DNA of 64,000 bases from assembly GCF_009914755.1 (NCBI RefSeq), contig NC_060938.1, one strand, 5' to 3'. Made by a program: the position numbers and the translations under genes. The DNA comes from the human T2T-CHM13v2.0 reference genome, Homo sapiens. The notes under the pieces are model-generated. The model was not told the DNA's origin and made no database searches. It was given only the letters and a program-made list of their open reading frames with translations. Positions 43,306 to 58,049 of the stretch are shown here, in pieces; position 1 is the first letter of the stretch; every line of letters starts with the position of its first letter.

Positions 43306-44911
43306 TATTGGATGGAGATGAAGACACTTAGGTGTAGAGATTTGGATAGGTGTTTTCATTTGATTCAAGAGGCAATTGGGAGCCATTGATGGCTTTTGAG
43401 AACAGGAATAAAAAATTATTCAGGGAAGGGAATTCTTATGGTTGTTTGTAGGATCCTGTCAAGTTGCAAATAGACAAATACATGTTAGAGATGGAGTCAA
43501 AGCAAGGAGCCTGCTTTTTTCAGACAGCGAAGTGGCCCTGTGCCCTACAGAATTAGAGAAGGTGGAAGTCTGAGGCCAGAGATTTCTGATAGGCTTTTGA
43601 GTTGTGAAACGTAGGATATAGAAGTAAATGATAGGACTTACTGATACCTGGAGACAAAGAAATAGGTGGCTTCCACAAATTCTGATAAATGTAGTATTGA
43701 TGGTAGCAAATTGGGAATGAATGATGATTTGAATGACTGTAATGTGTTGATTTAATAGATGTTCAGGTTTAGGATGAAACAGGATTTCAGATGCAGATGT
43801 ACTACAGACATTGGGAGGTTGGTATGTTTGTAAGAGCTCTGATTGCAGAGTTAGGAGACCAGTGATCTAATCCCAACTTTGTTGTTGTTGGGGTTTGTGA
43901 CCTTGGGCAAGTCATTCACACTCTCTGTATATTATTGTGTGAGTTAGGCTAGAGCATCTTCATGGGGCAGATCATTGAGAGTCTCCCTGTATAGGCAAGC
44001 ATCATAGCAACTTGAGAGTTTTAATACAAATGATGATTTCATTCGTAATTTTTGTTTCTTTTTTTTTTTTCGCAGAATTGAGGACAAACATTTCCTTACC
44101 TTTCTTGCTATAATTATATTTCAGTGTTAGCCCTTTTTAATCCCTTTCACCCTTTAACTGCATCCAAAAAATAAATACTTATCAGTTACTGAGATAATGG
44201 AATGGAAGCTCAATTATGCTAAAAACTAATGGTTAACACTAACACATAGTAACAGCTTCTTTTGCAGTATTTATTCTCTTGTTGATAAAAAAAAAAATAA
44301 GCCCAACGACCCACTGCTGCAGAAAGAATTTAGCTACAAGTTTATCAATTTAAGCAGGCCAACTGCACAACTAAATGCATGTGAAACTTAACAAATCCCT
44401 TGGGAAAGCTGACTGTAAGAATTTTCTAGTCTGTGTTGAGTTACTGAGGTGCGACATGGTGGATTGGACTTAATGCGCTAGGCAAGCACAATCAAATAGA
44501 GACAGTTTAAGATTTTTTTCTGTGTCCATGAAGGGATCTCTGGTAGGTGTCTAAATGAAGCATTCAGAAAGGACTATAACACCATCATGAGTTATCTTCC
44601 CTGAATATTTTGGAAGGTTATTTTGGTTTAGAAGAAATCCAAGTAAGATTTTCACAGTGGAAGCTTTGCAACAGTTGAATGATTTAAGATTATTATGTGA
44701 TTCATAGGAATAGGGGAAAATACAAAGCATTGTCCCTTACATTTTAATTTTAATTTTCAAGGGAGAAATTCAAGAATAGTGTGTGTGATTTCCTGGACTT
44801 ACTTCGGGTTAAGGCAGTTTGATATTCTAGTCTTTTAAAGTTGAGCATCAAAACTGGTTTTAAGACCACACTTACCCTGGAATTTCAGAAGAGTTTGACA
44901 TAAGAAAGGTA

Positions 44912-45140
44912 TTGTAGTAAAGTGGTTGAGTGGGTACGGTCTGGAGTCTCATTACACTGATTTGAATCCTGGTTATAGCACCTATTAACATGTGACTTAG
45001 GGCAAATTAGTTAACCGCAGTTTTCTAATCTGTAAAATGGGAGTTATGCAATCATTATTAGGGGTGTGTAAAGATTAAATGAATTATTAATAGTGTGAAG
45101 CATTTAGAACAGACATGTAGAAAACACTCAAATATTAGCT
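44912..45140 (+). mobile_element. MIR
   Basis: TTTGAATCCTGG...TGTGACTTAGGGCAAATT...ATCTGTAAAATGGG. Confidence 0.8.
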
Positions 45141-45170
45141 ATGCAACAACTCTAATAATAATTTTTAGTA

Positions 45171-45803
45171 CAGTGTGTGTTGCTTAATCACGGGGATACA
45201 TTTTAAGAAATACATCATTAGGCTCCTTTGTCATTGTGCAAACGTCATAGAGTACATTTACACAAACCTAGATGATATAGCCTGCTACACACTAGGATAT
45301 ATGGTATAGCCTATTTCTCAAAGCCTACAACACTGTACAGCATGTTATTGTACTGAATATTGTAGGCAGTTGTAACACAATGATAAGTATTTGTGTATCT
45401 AAACATAGAAAAGGTCCAGTAAAAATACAGAAAAAAGAAGAGAAATGGTACTCCTGTATAGGGCACTTACTGTGAATGGAGCTTGCAGGCCTAGAAGTTG
45501 CCCCAGGTGAGTCAGTGAGTGAGTGGTGAGTGAATGTGAAGGCCTAGGGCATTATTGTACATTACTCCAGACTTTATAAACACACTGTTCACTTAGGCTA
45601 CACTAAATTTATTTTAAAAATATTTTTCTTCAATAATAACCTTAGCTTACTATAACTATTTTACTTTATAAACTTTTGATTTTTAAAAACTTTTTGACTC
45701 TTTTGTAATCACAGCTTAAAACATAAATACATTGTACAGGTATACAAAAATACATTTTTCTTTATCTGTATTCCATAAGCTTTTTTCTATTGTAAAAAGT
45801 TTT

Positions 45804-45847
<44 letters not shown>

Positions 45848-46388
45848 TTTTAAAACTCTTTTACTAAAAACTAAGACACAAACCTTCACATTAACGTAGG
45901 ACTATACGGTATCAAGGTCACTAATACCACTGTCTTCCACCTTCACATCTTGTCCCACTGGAAGGTCTTCAGGGGTAATAACATGCTTGGAGCTGTCATC
46001 TCCTATGATAGCAATGTCTTCTTTTGGATACCTCCTGAAGAATCTGCCTGAGGCTGTTTTATAGTTAACTTTTTTTTGTAAGTAGACGGAGTACACTCTA
46101 AAATAATTATGAGAAATATAGTATAAGAAACGCCTAAACCAGTAACTTAGTCATTTATTATCATTCTCAAATATTATGTACTATGCATATATCAAATACT
46201 GTGTGGGCCAAGGGTTGGACAAGCTTGCTTTACACCATCATCACCACAAACATGTGAGTAACATGTTACGATGATAGCTACAATGTCAGTAGGTGATAGG
46301 AATTTTTTTCAGCTCTATTATAATCTTAGGGTACCACTTACATATATGTGTTCTGCCTTTGACTGAAAATGTCAGTGGCACATGACTA
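45171..46388 (-). mobile_element. Tigger3b (Golem/MER7-type), about 1.2 kb
   Basis: Termini CAGT.TG.GTTGCTTAA..ACGGGGATAC and GCACATGACT; TA on both flanks; CACAAACCTAGATG and GGTGAGTCAGTGAGTGAGTGGTGAGTGAATGTGAAGGCCTAGG internal motifs. Confidence 0.9.
45806..45845. repeat. T40 mononucleotide run inside Tigger3b
   Basis: Read directly from the sequence. Confidence 0.97.
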
Positions 46389-47257
46389 TATTGTTATTCT
46401 GTGATCACTTAGTGAATCTGTATACTTTGTTGGGAGCACAAGTCCCATCACGTCACAGTTTTTCAGCTGCCCAGTACTCAGCTGATAACAATTAATCTGA
46501 GAGGTGGGCTTGAGAGTTGGGTCCCCAGCCCCTGAGATAGCTGGAACCCCAAGCGGACGACATTTTCCACCTAGGGAAGGCATCCTTCTAGAGGAAACTC
46601 ACTCTGAAATAATTTGTGCTGGAAAATAGAGGAAACCCTTTAGTTTAGAGTCAGACTGGGGTCGAAGGGGGGAGTTGTTCCAAATTTATAGGCAGTGGAA
46701 GTCTCAAAGTTGTTAAAGCAACTGCTCCTTGGACGTTACTTGGTGGTTGGGTCCTAAGGATTCAGATAGCTTTCCTCATTTTTTTAAATGTCGGCTTTCA
46801 TGATAGCACTTGTGAGTCTTCAATCTCACTTTAGACCTTTGAACAAGGATATTCTTTTCAGTTTTTCCTATAACCTGTCCTCTTGATACTGACCTGTGTC
46901 TTTATGATTATGACAACGGTCCTTCCACGGAAACTCTGCCCCTAACACTTAACCCTCAACAGCCAAACTTGGAAGCATGTAACTCCCTCCCCATGAGCCA
47001 GCTGGCTGACCAGAAGGCGGGGAGCCATTGACATTGACCTCAGCCTCCTCCCCTGACTCGGCACATTGACCACTTCCTTCATCTCCTCTTGCTCTCTGGA
47101 TCTCTGGAGCCTACTTGTCTCTGGCTCTATTGATTTTTCCAACTCAGTGCTTCCCTGCTTCTCCCTTCAGAACATTCCTAATCAGGACTCTCAAAGAAAA
47201 GATAAAGAGGAGGCACTAGAGGAGGCAAAGCTGAAGGGAGAAAGGCTGGGCCTAGAG

Positions 47258-47387
47258 AGAGTGATCACATAATTTGTGGTTGTGCCTGGGACATTTTGAG
47301 GGGAAAGTGGGGGCTGTTCATAATAACACTAGGACAACCTGGTGTAAAGCTGGCTGTCCTGGGCAAACTGGATCCTGCATCCACCCT
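47258..47387 (+). mobile_element. MER94-type hAT-Blackjack MITE
   Basis: AG.GTGA.CA.ATAATTT...GGGACA.TTTGAG...GGACAAC...TGTCCTGGGCAAACTGG...CACCCT; 130 bp. Confidence 0.75.
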
Positions 47388-48730
47388 GGACTTAAGACTT
47401 CGGTAGAGAAAAGGATTTATTTTTCCACCCCTCTTCCATATTCTTTCCACACAACAACAGCGCTACCAACAAATTATCGTGCTAATTTTTTGGTGAGTAA
47501 TTGGCAGGGGGAGGGGTAACCATGGGTTACCACAGCCTGGTCTTCTAAGAGACTAAGCAATCTGGTTACTAAACACATCTAAAAAGTTTAGAAAGTCTGC
47601 CAACTGTCAATCAGCAAATAATTGATCAGTGATTATTATTACCATTATTTTTGGCCAAATGCAATGGGTGGACTCATTTCTCTATTCTTTCTCTCACTAG
47701 GGGAGAACAAAATAGGATTTTATTGCTTTATATAACTGTTGGGACCCTCTTTATGCCTTCCATAACGTTTCATAATGAGAAATGTTGAAAAAACATTTAT
47801 GTCGGGCAATGACTGGAAGCATTCTTCCTTTTTCCTACAAGCATAACACAACCTGGCAAGCCAAGTTTAAAATAATCAGAACATTTATAATTCTAATAGG
47901 AGCAAATTCATCTATGCATGTTTTGGGTCTCCTTGTGTTATTTTAAATAAGTGGTAGAATCTATTAGTAATTAATTTTGTAAACACTAGTTTATTGTACA
48001 TGAGCATAGAGTAAGCTTGAATTATGACTTTTTTTGTTATCCATTAGCACCTATTTTCCAACTTTAACGTAGATGTCACAGTCAGTGGCAATATTTGATA
48101 ATAGAGCTTGTCAGTGAATGTTATAATTTTAAGTGTTAATTTAAATAAATGAGGTTCCTATTATAAGTACCCCTTTCTAAGTGTGGATTGTAGGAGCCAC
48201 AGAATGTGAGGACTGGGAGGGGTCTTAGTAGCGCCCGGCGCAAGCATCCTGGATGCCACAAGGTGCAGGGAAGCCTAGAAGCACGAGTCACTTGGCTTAA
48301 CTCACTCGTTGCCTAATTCTGTAATTTTGTTCCATATCTCAAATATTACGAAATACTACTAGGCTATAGGAGGTACATCATTTTCTAAAAAATTGTATAT
48401 ATATGTTTTCAAAATGGTGACCTAAATCAGCAGTCAGACTGAGGGATAACTTCCTATTTTAAAGGGAAATCTCTAATTTAATTAAATTACTAAATATTTT
48501 GAAAAGTTATGAAGGATCCAAAGCAGATTTGGCTTTATGCTGCATAGTTTCAGTTGTGGAATTCAAAAGAGATATTGTTTTGTTCTGCAGATGTGGAATT
48601 TTTGTTTGGTTTTTAGAAGCAAGTGCTACTACATGCTTTACACTTAAAATATAAAGATACTGACCCTTTAACTTATACTTTGTATAAACAAAAGAAAAAT
48701 TTCAGAGGAAGAATGTTTCATGTTCTAGCA

Positions 48731-48943
48731 TAGGGGTTGGTAAAGTATTAATATTTTGGAAAGGGGACAGATAGTAAATATTTCTGGCTTTGAGGGCCAT
48801 ATGGTCTCTGTCACAACCATTCAGCTCTGAGTAGTCAAAGACAATATGTAAAAGAATGAGTGTGGCTGTGTTCCAATAAAACTTTATTTCCAAAAACAGG
48901 CAATGAGTGAGATTAGCCTGTTGGCCAAGGTTGCCAACTCCGG
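48731..48943 (+). mobile_element. MER58A-type hAT-Charlie MITE
   Basis: CAGATAGTAAATATTT.GGCTTTG.GGGCCATA and GGCTGTGTTCCAATAAAACTTTATTT; 8-bp TSD TTCTAGCA/TTCTAGTG, both derivable from TTCTAGCG by CpG decay. Confidence 0.9.
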
Positions 48944-49119
48944 TTCTAGTGTGAGGATAGAGCTCTAAATTCAATATTAACTTAGAGGAAAGCCATAGTT
49001 TAAATTTATTCCAGTTAAAGAAGAAAGAAAAAAATATCCTGTATCATATTGTGTACCAAGGAATTGTATGTAATTAGGATGTATACTTAATTAAAATAAT
49101 TCCTAATAAAATGCTAAGA

Positions 49120-49500
49120 ATGATAGAGAAACACCAGCAGAGATTATTACTGCAACATTATTTATAAAAGCAAGAAAGAGAAACAGCCTAAATGTTCATT
49201 GATGGAGAACTGGTTAAACAAATTGTGGAAATCTGCACGGTTAAAAAAAATGAACTACATGTATTATTTTACTGACAAGGAAATTTATCCCCAGCACTAT
49301 TTCTTGAGGGATAAAAAAGCAAGTTATAGAGTAACATATACAATACAACACTGTTTATGCTAAACAAAAAAGTCACAGAAGAATACAGTATATTTTCTGT
49401 AGGTAAAAATATATATTTGTGAATTTATATAAAGAAGCTATAGGGGAGTGCATACCAACTTGATAACAGTGATTATCTCTGAGCAGAGACTGGTCATAGG
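49120..49500 (+). mobile_element. L1ME-type fragment
   Basis: CATTATTTATAAAAGC...AAACAGCCTAAATGTTCA...CTGGTTAAACAAATTGTGG. Confidence 0.65.
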
Positions 49501-50629
49501 AGTGTTAGTCAAAGGTCAAAGAGAATGTGAAATCACGAAATTTAAAAAGACCCTAGAGAATGACGTACACAAAAGCTAGACAGACATTTACATTCTGAAG
49601 AGTATAAAGAATGAGGACTTATAATTTTTAAGTTTAAGGTTGTAGCACATGGAAGTTATAGTCTTTGTAATTTTGAGGGTTTTATAGGAAATATAAGAAA
49701 TGAACGTTAGGTAAGAATTCTACCTCCCATAGAATGGGCATGCGATTTATTTATTGCGTAGGCCTTGGATGTACAGAAAATCTTTGAACATTATGAAATT
49801 TGAGAAACTCAATAACTTAGCAAAGGTAATAGACTGACCACTGTGGTCAGCAATTTATGAGCTGTATGTCAGTGTTATGGTCAGTCTGGCCTTAGGAATT
49901 TATACCTGTGCTTGTGTCACATTTTGATAGGGAAGCTTATTTTGCAACATGCTACCTTCTCAAGTGAAATCTGTGAGGATCTGATGCCAGTGTACCTTAA
50001 TTTAGCATCATATTGTTTTAAAATGTGACTGTTATAGACTAGCATAGTATGTGAGTCCAGACCCAGACTGGATAACAACGTAAAAAGAATCTTGTTTATA
50101 GGTGGAGAAGAGGCTCTATTTTCAATCTAGCAAGTATTTCTTGAGGGCCGACTATGGGCTCCTCACTGTATTAGAAAAGTAAATGCTAATAAAAGAAATG
50201 TGAATGACAGCTTCTTTCCTGAAAGAGCAAGCCACCTCACTGGGGAATAAGAAGAAATTAAATAAAACCAAAAGACATCATAGTTTTAGACACCAATGCA
50301 AGCATCCAGTAGTATGGAAAGCAGATTAGGGGACCAGTGTGGGCTCTAACAGTTGAGGGTCAGCTTCTTGAGAGAATTGTGTCTTGATTTGGGCCTCAAT
50401 GCAAAGTTTGGATTGATATGGGAAGATGGAAAGGCTGATTTCAGGAGGGAAAGTGATTGCAAGCAATGATGGTGAGGCAGAGAGCATCTTTAGGCATCTA
50501 TTTGGAAGAAGAGCCTAATGTAGTAATGATGACGGTGGCAACAATAATGACATTAACACTGGTGCTGGTGTAATGGAAGCATGAGCAGTAGCATAAATAG
50601 TGGTAGTAGTAATACTAGAGTCTTGTTTT

Positions 50630-50830
50630 TTCACCAAGAGTTTTATGCCAGGCAAGATGCTAAGTGTTTCACACCCTTATCTTTTCTGTCTCACTAAGTC
50701 CAAGGCCATAGTACCACTTTTTCTTCATTATAAAGGTGAGGAACCTAGGTTTAGAGAGATCACATAACTGGCCAAGAACATGTGGCTGGTGAGTGCCAAA
50801 GCAGGTATGTAAACACTTTCTGTCTAACTC
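50630..50830 (-). mobile_element. MIR
   Basis: ATGCCAGGCA..ATGCTAAGTG...GGTGAGGAACCTAGG.TTAGAGAG...TGTCTAACTCCAGAGCCC. Confidence 0.7.
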
Positions 50831-51472
50831 CAGAGCCCCAAACCTCCAACACCAAGCAGGCGCAGACAAGACCAACCATAGTCTAGTGCTGGTTCTGACA
50901 CTAAGGAACCCCTTGCCTCATTTTCCTTCACCATAAAATAAAGGCACTGGACAGTGTAATCTTCAAGATTCATTGCATTCGTTCCACGATTCAGTTACTT
51001 CCACAGAGAACAGGGCTAATAATTGTACTGTGTGGATTGGATGAGACAATGAGATAATGCATGGAACAGTGTCAGGCAAACAGTAGACATTCAATAAAAT
51101 TTTAGAGTCTAGTAAATAAAATGTTATCATCTCATCATCAAACAGCCAGTTTAATTAATTGCCTCAACATTTATTCTACTGGCTACACCCTAAACTCTGG
51201 ATGAAGGAGATGTTGTATAGTTAGCATGAACCTCTCTGTTTACATCCAGGGTGGAGAACGTCCCTACAGATGTGGGTCATAACCAGGGGGATAGGTTGTG
51301 AGAGATCCTCTTTTTCATTGAAATGTAACTGCATACCTATTATATTTGGCAGTAGCATTCTAAAAGTACCAACAAATACAGTTTCAATAGTCAAAGTGAG
51401 AAGTGGACAAGCCAGTTCTCCTTCACACTAACTTTGAGCCAATCTATGTAAGAAGGTACATACTTACAAATA

Positions 51473-52634
<1,162 letters not shown>

Positions 52635-53522
52635 TAATTCATAAGAAATCAGCAATTTCTAAAGCAGAGTCCTTCATTTCCTGCTTGTTTTTCCATTGTC
52701 TTTAGTCTTTATGTGCTACTTACACTTCGAAAATAATTTAATTATAAACCAGATATGCTTTTTCCTTCCCTTCCTTGTTTTTGCTTTTAGTGCCTTTTTC
52801 TCCACTTTGGTGTTGCTTCTAATTGCAGGCTGTGAGAATTGAGATGGCCTGCCCAAGGTGTACTCTTGGTTTGTGGCAGACATGAATAAAAAATTCAGGT
52901 TTCGAAAGGCCAGGGTTCATGTGCTTTTTTTTATACCTCACAAAGACTTTTTTCTTTTCTTTCTTTTTTCTTCTTCTTCCTTTCCCCCCTTAGCAATAGA
53001 CCTGTTTCTCCATATAAAATCGTACACAGGAGCCCAGCATGTACAACAGATGGAAGTGGTGCTGCTCAGGTTGAGTAAGGCCTGGGGCTGTGCCTGCCTT
53101 TACTTCCCTTCCTCTCTCCAGCTTGTGTCCTCCCTCCAGCATCCAGGCCTCTGCACAGAACAATTAAAAACAGCCTTGCCCTATCCCTTATAATTTCACT
53201 AATGATACAGGAGCACTGTGAGTTTTATCACACTTGTTACAGGTTTTAACTTTTTTTCTCTTCTCAAGTGGTAGGGGTGTAGAGTGGAAGAGAATTGAGA
53301 CCCCTACTTGCACAAAACAAAGTTTTTAGTTGCTATCTACTTCAAATATTCAATTTCTAATATTGGCTGATTATTGCAATGAAGGCATGTATTGGTGGAT
53401 GTAACCAAAGTTTAAAAGAACTAATAACTTGCTAAATAGCGGGAACCATGTTTTTTGTTTTCTGTCTTTTAACTTAGAGTTTCACTTTTCAGCTTTAGAC
53501 CCTATGAGAATCTTCAAATTAA

Positions 53523-53866
<344 letters not shown>

Positions 53867-54479
53867 CAAAGTCGTATCTTTTGATTAACATGTTTATATA
53901 TAAACAGTGGCAAAGCATGAAAGAGAATTCACTGTCCAGATTTGTTGATTAGTATCATGAGTAGTGGAATCTGAGCGTTCTTGGGGACTGAGAAAGCAGT
54001 GGGAATAGATGGGTTTTCTGACTGAAAATGTTCCATACCCTTGTGTGAGAGCAAATCCAAACAGTCTTCTCCACTAGACCTTTGTCTGCTTGCTAATGAG
54101 ATATACTGATTAAATGAGTAAAATAAGTCAGAAAAAGTATTGTATTCTTCACTCAGTTTCTCCATACCCAAAGAATACATGCAGATCAGATTAGATGGTT
54201 TCATCATACAACAAATGAGAATGTTGGCTGTTATTTCATAAATACATGGATCTCTTTATCCCTAGAGGTTGTCTTGTCTATTTCTCCAGTTATTAAAAAG
54301 GTTTACAGCAGATTCTCTTATAAAGGTTTTAAAATGATCCAGACTTAGCATTTCTATTAAAAGAAAAAGTCTGAAATGGAATTTGGAATCATGTGTTTTG
54401 GCTCATTTTAATTAGTTTAAGATAATGAGTTTAAAGGAAAATTTACATTTTGGATAGTTTTACTATCTCCCTTTTTTGA

Positions 54480-54960
54480 TTTTAAATGTAGTACATACTT
54501 ATTGTATGCCACACAGTGTACAGAAATGTAAAGACAAAAACCTGTGACCTCACTTCACAGAAATATAACCATTTAAAAAAATTTGGTGATAATCTTGTAA
54601 ACTTTTTATACATCTATACATTTAAAATATATTTTACTGTACACACTGATCTTACTATGCTTTTAAAAAGATTAATAATGTATTTTAGAAATCTTTACAT
54701 CAACATTTTCTATAGTTGCACATGATTTAACTGCACATTATTTTATGTAAGCAGTTCCTTATTAATGGATGTTTAATCTGATTTCAGTATTTTGTTTTTA
54801 TAAACAATGCTGTGGATATCTTTCTGCATTTGGGTATGTGTCAGTTACTAGATTTGTTAGGGTAAATTTAGACAGGTGGAATATGCATTTAAATTTGGAT
54901 AAATATTGTCAAACCGCTCTCCAGAATTTTTGTCATTTTCTTTTCATGTCAGTAACAACA
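54480..54960 (-). mobile_element. L1ME-type fragment
   Basis: CAGTTCCTTATTAATGGATGTTTA...TATAAACAATGCTG...ATATTGTCAAACCGCTCTCCAGAA. Confidence 0.65.
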
Positions 54961-57900
54961 TGGAAATGTCACAATAAAATAAGCTGAAAAAAGAAATAAA
55001 ACTATTTCCACTTTTCTATATATGTCCAAGTGAACAACGAAAATAATTTAGTCTAAAACATCTTCAGTGCAGGATCAGTAGAGTTGACCTTACTCCTTAC
55101 TTCCCATAAGGTATTACTCAAATCAGAAAAGCATATTTAAAAAATTATTCTCATAATCTCTTTAGAATAGGCAAAGAAAAAAATGTTAATTTTTAGCTAA
55201 TATTAAAATGTTATGCTGTCACATTATTTGGGGAGGATGCTAAGATGCATTTTTATGGCAGAGACACAGATAAGGAAGGGAATTGTTTATTTATCGAGAA
55301 TATTTGTTCAAAGATTCTATTTCATAATATGCTTTTAGTATGAAAAACATATAAATAATTGTGGAGAAATATAAATTTGTTTTTTGTTCCTGCTAAAGTT
55401 GTAGAGATACATTTCTAATTAGTATTCTCAATATAAAATAAGCTACTCAAATGTCACAATTGTAATAAAATATTATACCATTCATTTGAACTAATTCTTC
55501 AGACAATGATCACATCCTTTTATGAAAATCATTATTAATATAGTCTTTGAAATGTGATGTATGACATATCTTAAATGACTAAATGACACATAATGAAAAC
55601 TTAGGATATTAAAATAACAAGTCATATTTATTCTTTTTAGTAAATAAATTTGTTGAACTGTGGAAAGAGAAGGTTTGCTTGTTTTAGGTACCTGGGTAAT
55701 AATATTACTTCTTAGATTATTTTTTGATGAGGGAAAAATGAATGGAATAAACATTCCAAGAAGAAAAGAACACCAGCGGGAAATTATAAACCAACATCAA
55801 GAGGTTGGTGAACATAGGAACTTGATTCCACATGGAAAGAGAAGAGGTACCTCTGCCTCACCAGAGCTGCACAGCAGGTGAGGGAGACTCCCTTGGAGCA
55901 TGAGGCCGGGCCTTCGGAGGAAGCACTGCTCTGTGCTGTGCCCAGCAGTAAGGAGTATTCACAGGTGCTGAGTTGTAGAGGACTCTTACTCGGTACACTC
56001 CAGATACTGGCAGTAGTCTCTCTTGGGAGGTGGCAGGAGGCTGTATGTAGATCAGAAATGGCTTTATGAAAGATAGACCACATTCTTGGAGTGAGAATAT
56101 GAGAATTAATGACTGGTCTGTTAAATCTCTTTGAAGCCAGGGGGTGCTACCAGTTCTGCTGATCAATGTATTTAGGAGTGAGATGGTTACAAAGGCCTGA
56201 GAATGTATCTCTAAAGTTCTGGATTCTAACTTACAAGGTTTGAGACAAACTGTCTTCATCTGTTTTTCAAGCTTTCAGGACTGGGAAGAATGACCTTCAT
56301 GGGTGGCTTGTTGTTAGGACCAAGAGGGCTTTAAATTGAAATTTGGGGCTAGTAAAGAGAAGAAAATAAAAATAAGCAAAACATAAAATTAATATCTGAC
56401 TAACAAAAAGGAAGGGTGAATGAAGGTCCTGAAAATTCTCTGGAAACCATAGTAATAATGGGGATGGAATTAATACTGTCAGATATCTGTATGCTGAGTA
56501 TAAAGTAGAGGTTTTAAGCAGAAAACTAAATTACAGCATAAGGAGTGTGAGCCAATCTTGTCCCAAGGATTAAGGAGAAGAACTTACAATGTAAGGACTA
56601 ACCTTCTCTTTGCAAGAAGCAGATTAAAAAAATGCAGAGGACCCACTATGTATTATATAGATGCACATGCAGTACTCACACATATATACACACACAGAAT
56701 ATATATGCATACACAGGCAAGTGTGTGTATTCACATACACACCCCTACATATTCTCAAGAAGGAAATACACTAAAATGCTAAAGAAATTACCTACGGGCA
56801 GTAAAATTGTGGGTAATTGTTTCTCTGCTTCTTTGTATTTTTAAATGTTTCAACAGTAAACATCTATTACTTTGACAATATAAATAGTATTTAAGTAATA
56901 TTTTTAAATCCCAGAACTATCAAAACATATTTGAGTAGAAAGCACTTGGGTATGGATAAAATAATTGAAAAGAGTAGTTTTTGGCTACTTTTTGAAATGA
57001 ATAATGTTTTAATTGTTGGGATTGTAAAACTATCAGTCGTGTAGGTATAGTAATGTCAGGGAATTTCATCTCTACTGATTGTCTCCTAAAATCTGAAAAA
57101 TTGATGCTTTACCCTAAAAAACAATCTCTCAAATGATTGAGGAAACAATGGAATAATTGAATACCCTCAACTTAATTCTAAATTAAGGGAGAATTTGTTG
57201 GTCAAGTGAAGACTGTGTATAGCTAGAACTGTAACTGAGAATTTAGGCAGCAGATTTTTAAACAATCCAAATAAAAAAAATTTTTGCCCCGCTTAATACA
57301 GAGCCAGTGTCTCTGTAGCACTTGGCCCATGGTAGATAATCTAAAAATGTGATATGTGAAATTCCATGACTTAAGACTGTAAAAGACTGCGTGGTATTTA
57401 GTGGACATAGCAATATTCATGGAATGAATGAATGAATGAATGAAAAGGTGATTGAGTGATGGCCTGTGGATATGGGAGGCTCTAATAATAAAATTCTGAC
57501 AATAACTGATACCCAAAGAAAAAGAGAGTGGTTGTCTAAGCATCACACACCAGTTTTCAGAGTACACATGTAAAATATAGAACCATGAAAAAAGATTTAA
57601 AGTTGTGTATGGAAACAGAAAAAAAGGAAAAAAAAAAAAAAACGACCTAACCCATTGCTTAATTGGCACCTTCTCTGTGGGATCCTGTAGCAGTTTTTTT
57701 GCTCTCCTATGTGTTCATTTCTCTTTTATAAAATACTTAACCATTTATTTCTCTGTAACTCCCCTTGCGGCCTTCTGCCCCACCTCCTTCCTAATTTTTA
57801 AGCATACTGTGTCATCTTTGTGTTCCTTTCATTCTCATAAAAAATATTTGCACATTCCAGGCGTTTCATAAATATTTGCTGATTTGCATTGTTTGGAACA

Positions 57901-58049
57901 GATGGTATAATGTTAAAAGATGACTACAGAGAAAGAAACACTACTAAATTCTATTTAATTTCTGTTTTCTCTGTGAATGATAATGGTTTTTCAAATTAGA
58001 AAGGGCAGCACAAGCATAACTAAAAGAACCTGAAAACCTCAAGTAAGTG

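Noticed and set aside
55780-55890. Donor-like CAG|GTGAGG at about 55877 ending an open frame
   Set aside because: No convincing upstream acceptor and the peptide is unrecognisable; isolated donor matches are common.
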